A DNA stretch of 64,000 nucleotides from an uncultured Candidatus Saccharibacteria bacterium (GCA_964532005.1 CAZHER010000003.1:21399-85398); one strand, 5' to 3'. Positions 46,409-57,430 are shown, counted from the stretch's first letter. Numbers and translations: made by a program. Notes: a model not told the origin generated them from the sequence alone.

Positions 46409-46485
46409 TGGCGGACTGAACGGGACTCGAACCCGCGACCTTCCGCGTGACAGGCGGACGCTCTAACCAACTGAGCTACCAGTCC
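46409..46485 (-). tRNA. tRNA-Asp (GTC), CCA encoded
   Basis: Cloverleaf GGACUGG...anticodon loop cuGUCac...TΨC GGUUCGAGUCC...CCAGUCCGCCA. Confidence 0.85.
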
Positions 46486-46516
46486 ATATTTTAGAAACTT
46501 CTCAACAATGTGTTAT

Positions 46517-46593
46517 TGGTACCGGCGGCAGGAATTGAACCTGCGACCTAAGGCTTATGAGTCCTTCGCTCTAACCAACTGAGCTACGCCGGC
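46517..46593 (-). tRNA. tRNA-Met (CAT), elongator type (G1-C72; tRNA-Ile2/lysidine not excluded), CCA encoded
   Basis: GCCGGCGUAGCUCAGUUGGUUAGAGC...CUCAUAA...GGUUCAAUUCC...CGCCGGUACCA. Confidence 0.8.
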
Positions 46594-46664
46594 TCGTATA
46601 AATTCCTAACCGAGTCAGATTTCATTTACTATAGCACGAAGCCTTTCCTAAATAAAAGCTGGCT

Positions 46665-46740
46665 TGGTTGCGGGACCCGGATTCGAACCGGGAACCTCAA
46701 GGTTATGAGCCTTGCGAGCTGCCAATTGCTCTATCCCGCG
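46665..46740 (-). tRNA. initiator tRNA-fMet (CAT), CCA encoded
   Basis: C1•A72 mismatch; the whole sequence closely parallels E. coli tRNAfMet (CGCGGG..AGCUCG..CUCAUAACC..CCCGCAACCA). Confidence 0.85.
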
Positions 46741-46856
46741 CCAAAAGGTACTAAATTTCAATAACCAACGAATTGTACCATTATTTACTGGGTTTTGCAA
46801 CCCTTTTTTATCAAAACTGCTTAATTATAAGGCTTTTAGATTTAGGACTAAAACCT

Positions 46857-46897
46857 GGCAAAAACAAATAGCCACCCTGTTTTGGGGTGGCTATTTG
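46857..46897 (-). terminator. rho-independent terminator (aaatagccaccc / ggggtggctattt) for the Lys/Ala-repeat gene
   Basis: 12-bp stem and 6-nt loop, then TGTTTTTG on the minus strand. Confidence 0.65.
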
Positions 46898-46917
46898 GCT
46901 CCTTGCGGAGTTTTAGT

Positions 46918-47130
46918 TTAGCGCTTTTTCTTAGCAGCGGTCTTGCGACGTGCTGGGCGCTTCTTAGCAGCTGGCTTTTTTGCAGCAGTGCGCTTCTTAG
47001 CAGCTGGCTTGCGAGCAGCGGTCTTTCGCTTTGCAGGCTTGCGAGCAGGCTTCTTAGCAGCAGTGCGCTTCTTAGCAGCTGGCTTTTTTGCAGCAGGCTT
47101 TCGCTTTGCTACTTTTCTTTTTGTTGCCAT
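46918..47130 (-). CDS. histone H1-like / Hc1-AlgP-like basic nucleoid-associated protein composed of KPAAKK-type repeats
   Basis: 70-aa protein MATKRKVAKRKPAAKKPAAKKRTAAKKPARKPAKRKTAARKPAAKK...; GGGAGA SD; terminator downstream; the underlying DNA is tandemly repetitive. Confidence 0.6.
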   Translation of the reverse strand: MATKRKVAKRKPAAKKPAAKKRTAAKKPARKPAKRKTAARKPAAKKRTAAKKPAAKKRPARRKTAAKKKR

Positions 47131-47285
47131 TGTGGCTAGTCTCCCTGTCCGCTCAATTTTTAAATTTTTGCGAGCGGACTTAATTTTCTACTACTTGAAA
47201 CTATTTTTGTTTCAAGGCCAGTAGCGATGAAAAATGTTTTCTGTTTTTCTGAATTTGTTTTCGTTTCTATCGAAAGGTGCAATAC

Positions 47286-47996
47286 TTATACATCGTCATT
47301 ATAAGAATTACACAAACTTTCGTCAAGTACTTCGCTGTTGATAATTATTTTAAACTTTTTTTGTTGATCGAAAGAAAGTTTTTGCATTTCTGTCTGCAAA
47401 AGTTTGTCTGATAAATTTTGTAGCAATGAAAAGTTTTGATTAATAGCTGCGGCGCTCGCATATTCAATTTTAAATTCCAACTGTATGGCAAAACGTATCG
47501 CCCTTGCAATACGGAGAGGGTCCTCGTGTATCTTTTTTTCTGGGTTTCCTATAAACCTCAGTAACCCTTTTCCTAGATCCGCCATTCCATCGTGGAAATC
47601 TAATATTTCCCCTTCCCTGCTCATATATAAGCTGTTTATGGTAAAATCTCTACGCAAACTGTCAGCCTCCACAGAGTTAATAAATGCGACTTTTGGGTAT
47701 CTTGAATCAGTGTAGGATTCTACTCTGAATGTGGCAATTTCGATATGTGGATTCACTGTTATTATGCCAAAATTTTTGTTTTTGTCGCTAAATTCGAAAC
47801 TGTTTTTTATTAATTCACAGATTTGTTCGGGCAAAGCCTCAGTGGCAAGATCGACATCTGTTATTTTTCTTTCCAATAAAATGTCACGTACAAAACCGCC
47901 GACAAAATATGTTTGCGGAAATTTTTCAGCAATAATATTTTGGATTTCAATTGCAACATTTTCCGTGTCGGTTGTGGGTTGGTAATTTATTTTCAT
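47286..47996 (-). CDS. minimal tRNA nucleotidyltransferase/poly(A) polymerase-family protein (head-neck only)
   Basis: Class II NTase motifs GGFVRDILL..DVDLAT and RRDFTINSLY; only 236 aa. Confidence 0.7.
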   Translation of the reverse strand: MKINYQPTTDTENVAIEIQNIIAEKFPQTYFVGGFVRDILLERKITDVDLATEALPEQICELIKNSFEFSDKNKNFGIITVNPHIEIATFRVESYTDSRYPKVAFINSVEADSLRRDFTINSLYMSREGEILDFHDGMADLGKGLLRFIGNPEKKIHEDPLRIARAIRFAIQLEFKIEYASAAAINQNFSLLQNLSDKLLQTEMQKLSFDQQKKFKIIINSEVLDESLCNSYNDDV

Positions 47997-48036
47997 TTAC
48001 AAATTAAAAGCCCGCAGAGCGTGCAGGCTTAAAAGT

Positions 48037-48501
48037 CTATTCGTTGTTTAAATTTTCGTTCATGTGTTGTGCTTGTGCACTTCGGCGATGGCGATATTTT
48101 CTCACCAGACTGAGCTTACTTAAACTTTTTTCCAGCGAAGCAGCTGCCAAAGCATATTCTTCCTGAGAAATGTTGGATTGTTTTAGCGCTTCTTCCGCTC
48201 GTTGTCGTGCTTCTTCTGCTTCGGCTTCGTCAATTTCATGATGGTGTTCAGCTGCGTCAGCCAATACAACCACTTTGCTTCCTTCCTTAACCTCTACAAA
48301 TCCCCCCGCAACATGAATATTGTGTTCTTGGCCATTTTTGGGCCGGGCAATAAGTTCTCCAGTAGCCAAAGTGGCTACTAGAGGCAAATGATTCGGAAGA
48401 ATGGTAATTTCACCCATTTTTGTGGGACAAGTGATGCTTTCCAGTTCCTCATCAAGCATTTTGCGTTGAGGAGTGACTAATTGTAGATGGATTGAGGTCA
48501 T
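48037..48501 (-). CDS. atpC: ATP synthase F1 epsilon subunit (with about 50-aa C-terminal acidic extension)
   Basis: Beta-sandwich N-domain LQLVTPQRKMLDEELESITCPTKMGEITILPNHLPLVATL. Confidence 0.8.
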   Translation of the reverse strand: MTSIHLQLVTPQRKMLDEELESITCPTKMGEITILPNHLPLVATLATGELIARPKNGQEHNIHVAGGFVEVKEGSKVVVLADAAEHHHEIDEAEAEEARQRAEEALKQSNISQEEYALAAASLEKSLSKLSLVRKYRHRRSAQAQHMNENLNNE

Positions 48502-48517
48502 GTACAGCTTGTTTGAG

Positions 48518-49918
<1,401 letters not shown>

Positions 49919-49964
49919 TTAATTAATTGGTTTAATTGTTATTAATATTGTTTGTACTGTCATA

Positions 49965-50840
49965 TTATTTTTCCAAGGCAATTTTACCCGCAGTAATTTC
50001 TGATAATTCGGTTGTGATCTTGGTTTGCCTCAATTGGTTAAAGGTAAGCGTTAGGTCATCTATGAGTTCTCCCGCACTTTCAGTAGCATTTTTCATCATC
50101 ACCATGCGCGCAGAGTGCTCGGATGCATCGCTTTCCAATATTGCTTGATACACCTGACTTTCTAGTATTCTCGGGAGCAAATGCTCGGCGACTTCTTTCG
50201 GTGATGGTTCAAACAACGCCTCGGTCATTGCTGTGTTTTTTGTTTCCGGAGTTTCTTTTGGCTGCTCAGTTGAGAACGGAAGCAATGTTTTTATTGTCGG
50301 TACCTGTGAGAGTGTTGAAGCAAAATGGTTGTAGACTATAAGAATTTTTCTATATTTTCCGGATTTGTATGACTGTGTCAGCAGCTTAATTAAAGGGTAG
50401 ATCCGTTCAACTGGGATTGTTGTATCTAGTTTTTCAAATTCAGCAAGTATACTTTTTTTAAGTCTCAAGGAGTTGTCTCTCCCCTTTTTTCCTAGCACAA
50501 CAAATTCGGTGAGCAATTCTGGTTCAGCCTCCTCGTATTCTTTAATTTTTTTAAACAGGTTGTTGTTAAATCCACCAACTTGTCCGCGATTTGATGAAAT
50601 TATTACTATTCCCACTTTTTTTGCTTCGGGGAAAGTTTGAATTAGAGGAGAAGACGCAGCTGCATCTGTTCCAAGCGAACTGATTAGTTCCCAGGCTAGT
50701 TTCGCATAAGTCCTGCTAGCCAATGTGGCCATTTGGCTTTTACGCATTTTGGCAGCAGAAATCAACTGCATCGCGCGGGTGATTTTGCGCGTGCTTTTGA
50801 TCGATTTTATACGTCTTGTTAATTCTCTGGTTCCAGGCAT
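49965..50840 (-). CDS. atpG: ATP synthase F1 gamma subunit
   Basis: N- and C-terminal coiled-coil helices (RRIKSIKSTRKITRAMQLISAAKMRK ... ELSEITAGKIALE). Confidence 0.85.
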   Translation of the reverse strand: MPGTRELTRRIKSIKSTRKITRAMQLISAAKMRKSQMATLASRTYAKLAWELISSLGTDAAASSPLIQTFPEAKKVGIVIISSNRGQVGGFNNNLFKKIKEYEEAEPELLTEFVVLGKKGRDNSLRLKKSILAEFEKLDTTIPVERIYPLIKLLTQSYKSGKYRKILIVYNHFASTLSQVPTIKTLLPFSTEQPKETPETKNTAMTEALFEPSPKEVAEHLLPRILESQVYQAILESDASEHSARMVMMKNATESAGELIDDLTLTFNQLRQTKITTELSEITAGKIALEK

Positions 50841-50856
50841 GTGTTATATCTACTCC

Positions 50857-52362
50857 TTAGGCTTGAAAACCTTTTTTGAAGTCTTCTAAAAGTTTTTTTA
50901 ATGTTGTTTCAGAGTCTTCGCTAAGCTCTTTTTGTCCCGCAATAGCTGACATTAATTCTTTGCCACTAGTTTCCAAATATGCATACAGTTTTTCTTGAAA
51001 ATCTTTGACCTTTTCAACGGCAACATCATCTAAGTAGCCGTTATTAACGGCATAAAGTATTACAACCTGTTTCTCCAGAGATAGCGGGCTGTACTGAGGC
51101 TGTTTTAAAACTTCTACCAAGCGATTTCCTAAGTCCAGCTGCTTTTTAGTGGCTTCGTCTAAGTCAGAACCGAATTGGGAGAAAGCTTCTAATTCACGGA
51201 ATTGCGCTAAAGAAATTTTTAACTTTCCTGCCACTTTTTTCATAGCCTTGGTTTGTGCAGCAGAACCCACGCGAGACACAGAGGTTCCCACGTTTACCGC
51301 TGGTCTAATACCTTTATAAAACAGGTCACTTTCTAAGAAAATTTGTCCGTCAGTAATAGAAATTACATTTGTTGGTATATAAGCTGAAATATCGCCTGCC
51401 TGAGTTTCAATTATAGGCAAAGCGGTAATACTGCCGCCGCCAAAATCTTTATTTAGTTTAGCTGCCCGTTCCAATAAACGGGAGTGGAGATAGAAGACAT
51501 CTCCAGGATAGGCTTCGCGTCCAGGAGGGCGGCGGAGGAGCAAAGAAATTTCCCGGTAAGCAACAGCTTGCTTTGATAAGTCATCATAAATAATCAATAC
51601 ATCCTTTCCTTGGTCCATGAAGTATTCAGCCATTGCACATCCAGCATATGGAGCGATATAAGAAAGTGCGGCTGGTTCAGAGGCGCCTGCAGAAACAACA
51701 ACTGTATATTCCATGGCCCCTCGTTCTTCCAAAATAGCAACAGTTTTCGCAACCTTGCTTTCTTTTTGTCCAACAGCAACATATACACAAATAATATCTT
51801 GTCCTGCTTGGTTCAAAATTGTATCGATAGCAACAGCTGTTTTTCCCGTTTGACGATCTCCAATAATAAGTTCGCGCTGTCCTCGTCCTATTGGGATAAG
51901 AGCGTCAATTGCCATAATGCCAGTTTGCATGGGTTGCTTAACTGACTCACGAGTGATAACGCCTGGGGCAACTTTTTCAACAGGATAGTAGTCCGATTGA
52001 GCAATGGCTTCTTTTCCGTCCTTCGGGCTACCAAGAGGCCCAACCACGCGACCAATGAGCGCATTGCCTACTGGAACTGACAAGGTTCTGCCAGTTGCTC
52101 TTACCGTGTCTCCTTGTTTTACTTTTGAGTAATCTCCTAAAATAACAGCGCCAACAGTTGCCTCTTCTAAGTTTAAGGCCACACCAAAAATATCATTACC
52201 AAAGTCAATCATTTCCATGCTGGCGATTTGAGAGAGCCCCGCTACTCTAGCTATACCGTCTCCTACCTCGGTCACGGTGCCGACTTTTTCTACAGCGGCA
52301 TCAGGCTGAAATCCGGCAATCTGCTCTTTGAGCTGTGCGATTATGGCATCTGTTTTTATCAT
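50857..52362 (-). CDS. atpA: ATP synthase F1 alpha subunit
   Basis: P-loop GDRQTGKTA; 501 aa. Confidence 0.95.
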   Translation of the reverse strand: MIKTDAIIAQLKEQIAGFQPDAAVEKVGTVTEVGDGIARVAGLSQIASMEMIDFGNDIFGVALNLEEATVGAVILGDYSKVKQGDTVRATGRTLSVPVGNALIGRVVGPLGSPKDGKEAIAQSDYYPVEKVAPGVITRESVKQPMQTGIMAIDALIPIGRGQRELIIGDRQTGKTAVAIDTILNQAGQDIICVYVAVGQKESKVAKTVAILEERGAMEYTVVVSAGASEPAALSYIAPYAGCAMAEYFMDQGKDVLIIYDDLSKQAVAYREISLLLRRPPGREAYPGDVFYLHSRLLERAAKLNKDFGGGSITALPIIETQAGDISAYIPTNVISITDGQIFLESDLFYKGIRPAVNVGTSVSRVGSAAQTKAMKKVAGKLKISLAQFRELEAFSQFGSDLDEATKKQLDLGNRLVEVLKQPQYSPLSLEKQVVILYAVNNGYLDDVAVEKVKDFQEKLYAYLETSGKELMSAIAGQKELSEDSETTLKKLLEDFKKGFQA

Positions 52363-52389
52363 ATATGTATTGCTAATGTTAAATTAAAA

Positions 52390-52782
52390 TTATTTAGTAA
52401 GTCTATTTTTCAGCTTATTGAGCTGCCCTTTTATACTTGCGTCAATGAGAGTGTCCTCAATTTTTACTACGACGCCCCCTATCAGAGATTCGTCAACTTT
52501 TTGCTTTAATTCAATATTGCTTTCTAGTATGTCGTTTAATTCCTTGACTAAAGTGCTATTTAGCTTGACCGTAGAAGCGGTGGTTATCTCGACCTCTTTT
52601 ATCCCTTTTTGGTCGCGGTCATAATTTTCGTATTCTTGAATAATCGTTTCGTAATAATGCAAGTCGCCATTTTGATTCAAGATCCTAATAAAATTATTAA
52701 TGACTTTGTCCGCATCGCTGGGCTTTGTTTCAGCCAGGGTTTGGTACAGCGCCTCACTATATTGTTTAACTGAAAATTTCAT
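52390..52782 (-). CDS. atpH: ATP synthase F1 delta subunit (OSCP), short form
   Basis: Position between atpF and atpA; the C-terminal LIGGVVVKIEDTLIDASIKGQLNKL is typical of delta; 130 aa. Confidence 0.7.
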   Translation of the reverse strand: MKFSVKQYSEALYQTLAETKPSDADKVINNFIRILNQNGDLHYYETIIQEYENYDRDQKGIKEVEITTASTVKLNSTLVKELNDILESNIELKQKVDESLIGGVVVKIEDTLIDASIKGQLNKLKNRLTK

Positions 52783-52784
52783 AA

Positions 52785-53384
52785 CTATTTTTTTAGGGAT
52801 TCTATGGCTTCTTTGATAGTGGCTTGGTCTGATGACGTGTCTATTTTTTTCTTTATCAATGTTTCTGTTGCCTTTACAACCATATCAGCAATTTCTGTTT
52901 TTATTTGTTGTATTGCTTTATTTTTCTCCTCCTCCAGTTGGATTTTCCCCTTTTCCAGAATTTTCACAGCCTCAGCCTTAGCCGTATCTGTTATTTGGGT
53001 TCTAACTTGTTCTGCGTCGCCTTTGGCTTGGGTAATAATCCCAGCTGCTTCTTGTCTGACTTCAGACATTTCTTTATTTTTCCAACTATCAAAAGTTTCC
53101 CTTTCGGCAGCTATTTTTTGGGCTTCCGCTAGGGAGTTTTCTATTTTCGATGTACGGTCAGACAGTGCTTTAGCTACAGGGCGGAAAACAAAGCGCCATA
53201 ATACAAATAAAATAATGGAAAAGTTGATTAATTGAGCAATGAACAGCTTTAGGTTTAAGCCAAAAAGTCCAACTATTCCTGTTTCTTGGGTGGCTGCATG
53301 GGCTTCTGTTGCAACTTCTGCTACTTCGGCAGCGTGCGTTGCAGCTTCAGTTGCAGCACTTGCGATATGTATAAATAAATCCAT
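52785..53384 (-). CDS. atpF: ATP synthase Fo subunit b
   Basis: Single N-terminal TM followed by a long charged helix. Confidence 0.8.
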   Translation of the reverse strand: MDLFIHIASAATEAATHAAEVAEVATEAHAATQETGIVGLFGLNLKLFIAQLINFSIILFVLWRFVFRPVAKALSDRTSKIENSLAEAQKIAAERETFDSWKNKEMSEVRQEAAGIITQAKGDAEQVRTQITDTAKAEAVKILEKGKIQLEEEKNKAIQQIKTEIADMVVKATETLIKKKIDTSSDQATIKEAIESLKK

Positions 53385-53497
53385 ATAAGTCTATATTATT
53401 ATCAAATTACAATATTCAATTTTCAATTAGCGGTTTGGCAAGAGTTTACACTCTCGTCTGATTTGCGAATTGAAAATTGTGTATTGAACTTGATAAA

Positions 53498-53734
<237 letters not shown>

Positions 53735-53833
53735 TTATTGGGTGAACTTTACTTATTGTTGCAGGTTTTCAGCTTAGAATAGTGCTGAAAGACCGAGACC
53801 TTTTATGTCAGGCCCCAGTCTTTCTTCGCTATT

Positions 53834-54697
53834 TTAGGCATGCTTTTCCTCACGCGCTTCGCTATTTTCATGGCCATGCACTTCAGACGTGGCTATTGTT
53901 AAGTATACCAAGGCAAGCATTGAAAATACCACAGCCTGGATTAATCCTACAATAATTTCAAGTCCCAAAAATGGCAAAGGCAACAGGAAAGCTAGAATAG
54001 AAGCAATAACTGTTAACAGAACCTCCCCGGCAAAAATATTTCCGAACAAACGCAAAGATAGTGAAACCATTTTAGCAACTTCGGAAATTATTTCTAAAAG
54101 TCCAACCATAAATTCAATAATAGCAACAAGGATTTTCATTGGGTTAAAACTTGCCAATGCATGCCAGAGATCCCCCAGCTTTATAAACTTGTTGGCGTAT
54201 TTAAAGAAACCTATTGCCACTATTCCGGCGACATGAGATGTTGCTACCACTAAAATGGCCATTGCCAGCGTCATGTTTAGGTCGGTGTTAGCGGGTCTAA
54301 AAAATGGAACCAAAACTGTTTCCCCATGGTGAACCTGATACGTTCCAATAGAACCAATACCAGGAAATAGCCCCGCCCAATTTGAGACTAGTATAAAGAA
54401 AAATAATGTACCTATTAGTGGAAGAAATTTTTCTGATTTTTTTCGGTCACCAGTTACTTGGTCTAGGTATTTGTACAAAAATTCCAACAATGCCTCGAAA
54501 AAATTCAAAAGTCCTTTGGGAGCCGATTTAGTAGAAAAATCTGCTCCATAATATTTTCTTATTCCTAAATTCAAAGCTATTGCAAAAATCACAAAACCCA
54601 CCACAGTTAGGGTGGAGTTAATATAAGTATTTGTAACCGGAAAGTTCGCTATTGTAAAAATCGGCTCTGCAGCCAAGGTTGGCAATGCTACTAACAT
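53834..54697 (-). CDS. atpB: ATP synthase Fo subunit a
   Basis: LSLRLFGNIFAGE contains the conserved Arg. Confidence 0.9.
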   Translation of the reverse strand: MLVALPTLAAEPIFTIANFPVTNTYINSTLTVVGFVIFAIALNLGIRKYYGADFSTKSAPKGLLNFFEALLEFLYKYLDQVTGDRKKSEKFLPLIGTLFFFILVSNWAGLFPGIGSIGTYQVHHGETVLVPFFRPANTDLNMTLAMAILVVATSHVAGIVAIGFFKYANKFIKLGDLWHALASFNPMKILVAIIEFMVGLLEIISEVAKMVSLSLRLFGNIFAGEVLLTVIASILAFLLPLPFLGLEIIVGLIQAVVFSMLALVYLTIATSEVHGHENSEAREEKHA

Positions 54698-54966
54698 TAT
54701 TTTTGCATTTCCTTGATTATTTCTTTTATTTTTTTAATAAATAGCAGCGTTGTTGTAACCAGGGCCAGCACAATACCTACATACAAAAACATTTTGTTAT
54801 TGGTTTGGTATCTGTGGTCAAGGTACTTTCCTAAGTAGCTAAACCCAATTAGTGGGAGAGCTGTGATAAATCCGAATTCTAGCGCAAAACCAAATGTCTT
54901 CATATATAAAGAGTTCCGGGTTTGCTTAGTTTCTGTTTGATTTTTTCCTTCAGGAATATTGGCCAT
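54697..54966 (-). CDS. AtpZ/AtpI-like small membrane protein heading the atp operon
   Basis: Two-TM 89-aa protein with G..LD motif (LPLIGFSYLGKYLDHRY); 1-nt overlap with atpB. Confidence 0.5.
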   Translation of the reverse strand: MANIPEGKNQTETKQTRNSLYMKTFGFALEFGFITALPLIGFSYLGKYLDHRYQTNNKMFLYVGIVLALVTTTLLFIKKIKEIIKEMQK

Positions 54967-55071
54967 TTATTTAAAATAACGGTAAGAGCTTAACAAAAAT
55001 TGGCCATTTTGGCAAGACTGGCCAAAATTAAGGCTATTGACTTTATATAACAATTGAGTTTACAGCGCACA

Positions 55072-55653
55072 TTATTTAACTGTATTTTTCTTAAAAAGCG
55101 CTTGTTTAAGCGATTTTGCGTATTTTTTGTCAGCTCTTACTTTTAATAATTCATGATATATATCACCTTCATGGAACTGCGGGCTTTCAGAAAGCTTTAG
55201 TAAACCGTCAAAGCTTTTTAGCATAACCTTTATTATTTCACCGTTATCAGTTGCTTGTTTTGTTACTTTTTTGCAGTTGGAAGCTATAAATATATATCTT
55301 GTGTGCCACAATCGGCCAGGCTTCTTGAGTACTCTCCATAATTTTATACTTTTTGGTTTATAGCCGGTTTCCTCTAAAAGTTCTCGCAAAGCAGTTGTTT
55401 TTGGTAATTCTTCTGGTATGTCCATGGCACCGCCTGGTACCCCGTAATACCACGGTGTACCTGGTTGTTTTTGTTTTAATACAATTATTTTTTCGCCAAC
55501 GCTGGCAAAAACAGAAACTCCGCCAATTTGCAAGGCACGCTCAAAAATTTTAATAGAACCGTCAAACATTTTTTGAGGCCACTGATAAACCGAGAAGTTT
55601 TGCCCTTTAAACACTCTTTTGGCATTTTTAGGAAACGGGTGATCTTCTTTCAT
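55072..55653 (-). CDS. NUDIX hydrolase
   Basis: Nudix box GGAMDIPEELPKTTALRELLEETG. Confidence 0.8.
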   Translation of the reverse strand: MKEDHPFPKNAKRVFKGQNFSVYQWPQKMFDGSIKIFERALQIGGVSVFASVGEKIIVLKQKQPGTPWYYGVPGGAMDIPEELPKTTALRELLEETGYKPKSIKLWRVLKKPGRLWHTRYIFIASNCKKVTKQATDNGEIIKVMLKSFDGLLKLSESPQFHEGDIYHELLKVRADKKYAKSLKQALFKKNTVK

Positions 55654-55669
55654 ATCTTATTAGTAGTAA

Positions 55670-55745
55670 TGGAGCCGGCTGCCGGACTTGAACCGGCCAC
55701 CTACGGTTTACGATACCGCTGCTCTACCAGATGAGCTAAGCCGGC
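55670..55745 (-). tRNA. tRNA-Thr (CGT), CCA encoded
   Basis: GCCGGCUUAGCUCAUCUGGUAGAGCA, anticodon loop aUCGUaa, GGUUCAAGUCC, AGCCGGCUCCA. Confidence 0.85.
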
Positions 55746-55752
55746 AAGTTGG

Positions 55753-56070
55753 TTATTCTGTTACTGAAATTTCGATTTTCTTAATATCTCCAATGGGATA
55801 AGCAAGTTCAGCTGTAATTTGGTCATCGATCTGCTTAGTACTCTTAAATGATGCATTGCGCGATATAGATCTAAATGCCCCCAGTAATTCTGAATTTTTG
55901 TTTCGCCCTGCGGCTAAACGCGCCGTTATGGTCAGAGTTTGGTTCTCTGTTTGTTGCTTAAGCTCCTCATAGCGGATTAAACTGGATAAATAGTCAATTA
56001 TAGGGTTGAGTTTTTTTTCAATTTCTTTTTCCACCGGATTTTCAAAATCTAAAGGGATTTGCTCCGACAT
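55753..56070 (-). CDS. hypothetical protein
   Basis: 105-aa ORF with no motifs. Confidence 0.35.
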   Translation of the reverse strand: MSEQIPLDFENPVEKEIEKKLNPIIDYLSSLIRYEELKQQTENQTLTITARLAAGRNKNSELLGAFRSISRNASFKSTKQIDDQITAELAYPIGDIKKIEISVTE

Positions 56071-56072
56071 AT

Positions 56073-56678
56073 CTATAGGTTATTATTAGTTTTAAACTGC
56101 TTCCAGTCCCCTGCGTTGAAGCGGTTCCTACTATTGAGATGCCATGCATGAGGATCGGATTTTTGAATTTGATCCCATAGTTCTCTTGCGGATTTTGTGA
56201 ATAGCATTTTTGAAACCAATTCCCGATGTTCTTTAAAAATTTCTCCCAGCGGATTTCCTGCGGCCATGGCCTCCGCAAGCTCTAAGTCTATGTCCAGTGT
56301 GTCGGCATCTTTTACAATTTTGGCTTCCTTGGTTTCCCTTTTTTCGTATTCATGCCATATTTCAAAAAATTCAGCTTCAAGCACGGTTCCTCCAAACACA
56401 TCTGTAAAGGCTTGCTCATTGTTCTCATTAACGTACTGTCTGCTTAGATAGTTCGTGTCACCTGTCCGGCTCTCGGGAACGTCATGTACAAGAGCCATTT
56501 TAATAACCTTTTCAGTAGCATTCACCCCCTCCTTTTTTGCTAAAACAAGTGCAGTCCATATTACTCTGAATGTATGGTCGGTGTTTGATGCGGCATCAGG
56601 ATATAAAAACTGCGACCAGCTTCTTTGCTGGCGTCTGAGACAGCCTATTTCATATAAAAATTCTAAATCACGAGACAT
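56073..56678 (-). CDS. HD-domain phosphohydrolase (YfbR-like 5'-deoxynucleotidase family), paralog 1
   Basis: H...HD...D pattern (ALVHDVPESRTGD). Start set at MSRDLEFLYEIG rather than the ORF-track start 56765, which would overlap the paralog by 67 nt. Confidence 0.65.
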   Translation of the reverse strand: MSRDLEFLYEIGCLRRQQRSWSQFLYPDAASNTDHTFRVIWTALVLAKKEGVNATEKVIKMALVHDVPESRTGDTNYLSRQYVNENNEQAFTDVFGGTVLEAEFFEIWHEYEKRETKEAKIVKDADTLDIDLELAEAMAAGNPLGEIFKEHRELVSKMLFTKSARELWDQIQKSDPHAWHLNSRNRFNAGDWKQFKTNNNL

Positions 56679-56698
56679 TTTGAGATGATAGAAATAAA

Positions 56699-57331
56699 TT
56701 ATGCTTGGCCACGTTCTTCGTATAATATTTGAGGGATATCTTTTGTTCCTATTTCTTTTGCCCAAATAGTGACAAATTCACTTAGGACTTGTTTGGCAAT
56801 CATGTCTTTAATTCTTGAAATCATGTCTTGCAGCTTGGTTTCTACCAATTCAAGGTCAAATTGGGAAAAAGCTTTAACAAAAAATTTGTAATGCGTTACT
56901 TCAATATAATCTGCTATTTTTGCAATTATGCATTCATCGGACTGAGCATTCATAATCTCATTACTTAAATTTTGGAAATAAGATTTTTCGTTATCAAAAA
57001 ATTCAGATAAGTATTTCTGGTTTTCCGTTTCAAAAGCTTTAGCGTGTTCTCTTGCTTTTGGATTTACTCGTGCATAAGGCATGGCAATGTCGCCGCCAAA
57101 CAATTCACCCAGATCGTGAATTAAGCAAAATTCCAAAACTTTTTCAACATTTACAGCAGCGCCCCGGGCTTTTAAATTTCGTGCCAGCTGCCAGCCTATG
57201 AAAGTCACTAAATAATGGTGTTCCGCCAGGTTGCTTAAATCGTCCTGTTGAATACCTGCTAGGGCGTATCCATATTGCGGTTGTGAGCGGGTTAATTCAA
57301 TAATTTTGAATAAGTTTGTTAGATGTTGCAT
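56699..57331 (-). CDS. HD-domain phosphohydrolase (YfbR-like), paralog 2
   Basis: LIHDLGELFGGDIAMP HD motif; 210 aa. Confidence 0.7.
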   Translation of the reverse strand: MQHLTNLFKIIELTRSQPQYGYALAGIQQDDLSNLAEHHYLVTFIGWQLARNLKARGAAVNVEKVLEFCLIHDLGELFGGDIAMPYARVNPKAREHAKAFETENQKYLSEFFDNEKSYFQNLSNEIMNAQSDECIIAKIADYIEVTHYKFFVKAFSQFDLELVETKLQDMISRIKDMIAKQVLSEFVTIWAKEIGTKDIPQILYEERGQA

Positions 57332-57356
57332 AAATAAAATTTTTACTAACCATACT

Positions 57357-57430
57357 TTGGAGCGGGTAACGGGAATCGGACCCGTGCTTAAACCTTGGGA
57401 AGGTCTCGTACTACCACTATACTATACCCG
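57357..57430 (-). tRNA. tRNA-Gly (CCC), CCA encoded
   Basis: GCGGGUAUAGUAUAGUGGUAGUAC, anticodon loop uuCCCaa, perfect acceptor stem GCGGGUA/UACCCGC, UCCA end. The T-loop is UCCGAUU, slightly atypical at position 55. Confidence 0.75.

Noticed and set aside
46882-47224. Plus-strand ORFs 46882-47139 and 46943-47224 (Ala/Leu/Arg-rich)
   Set aside because: These are reverse-frame artefacts of the highly repetitive Lys/Ala-coding DNA of the H1-like gene. The minus-strand gene has both an SD and a terminator.
47150-47235. Two hairpins (gtccgctc...gagcggac; cttgaaac...gtttcaag) between the NTase and the H1-like gene as terminators
   Set aside because: Neither is followed by a convincing T-tract on the relevant minus strand. 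They may be structured UTR elements, but there is not enough evidence for a terminator call.
54990-55040. ttggcca / tggccaa repeats upstream of the atp operon as an operator
   Set aside because: The arms are not a true inverted repeat (aaaattggcca versus aattttggcca on complement), so this is probably a chance AT-rich pattern.
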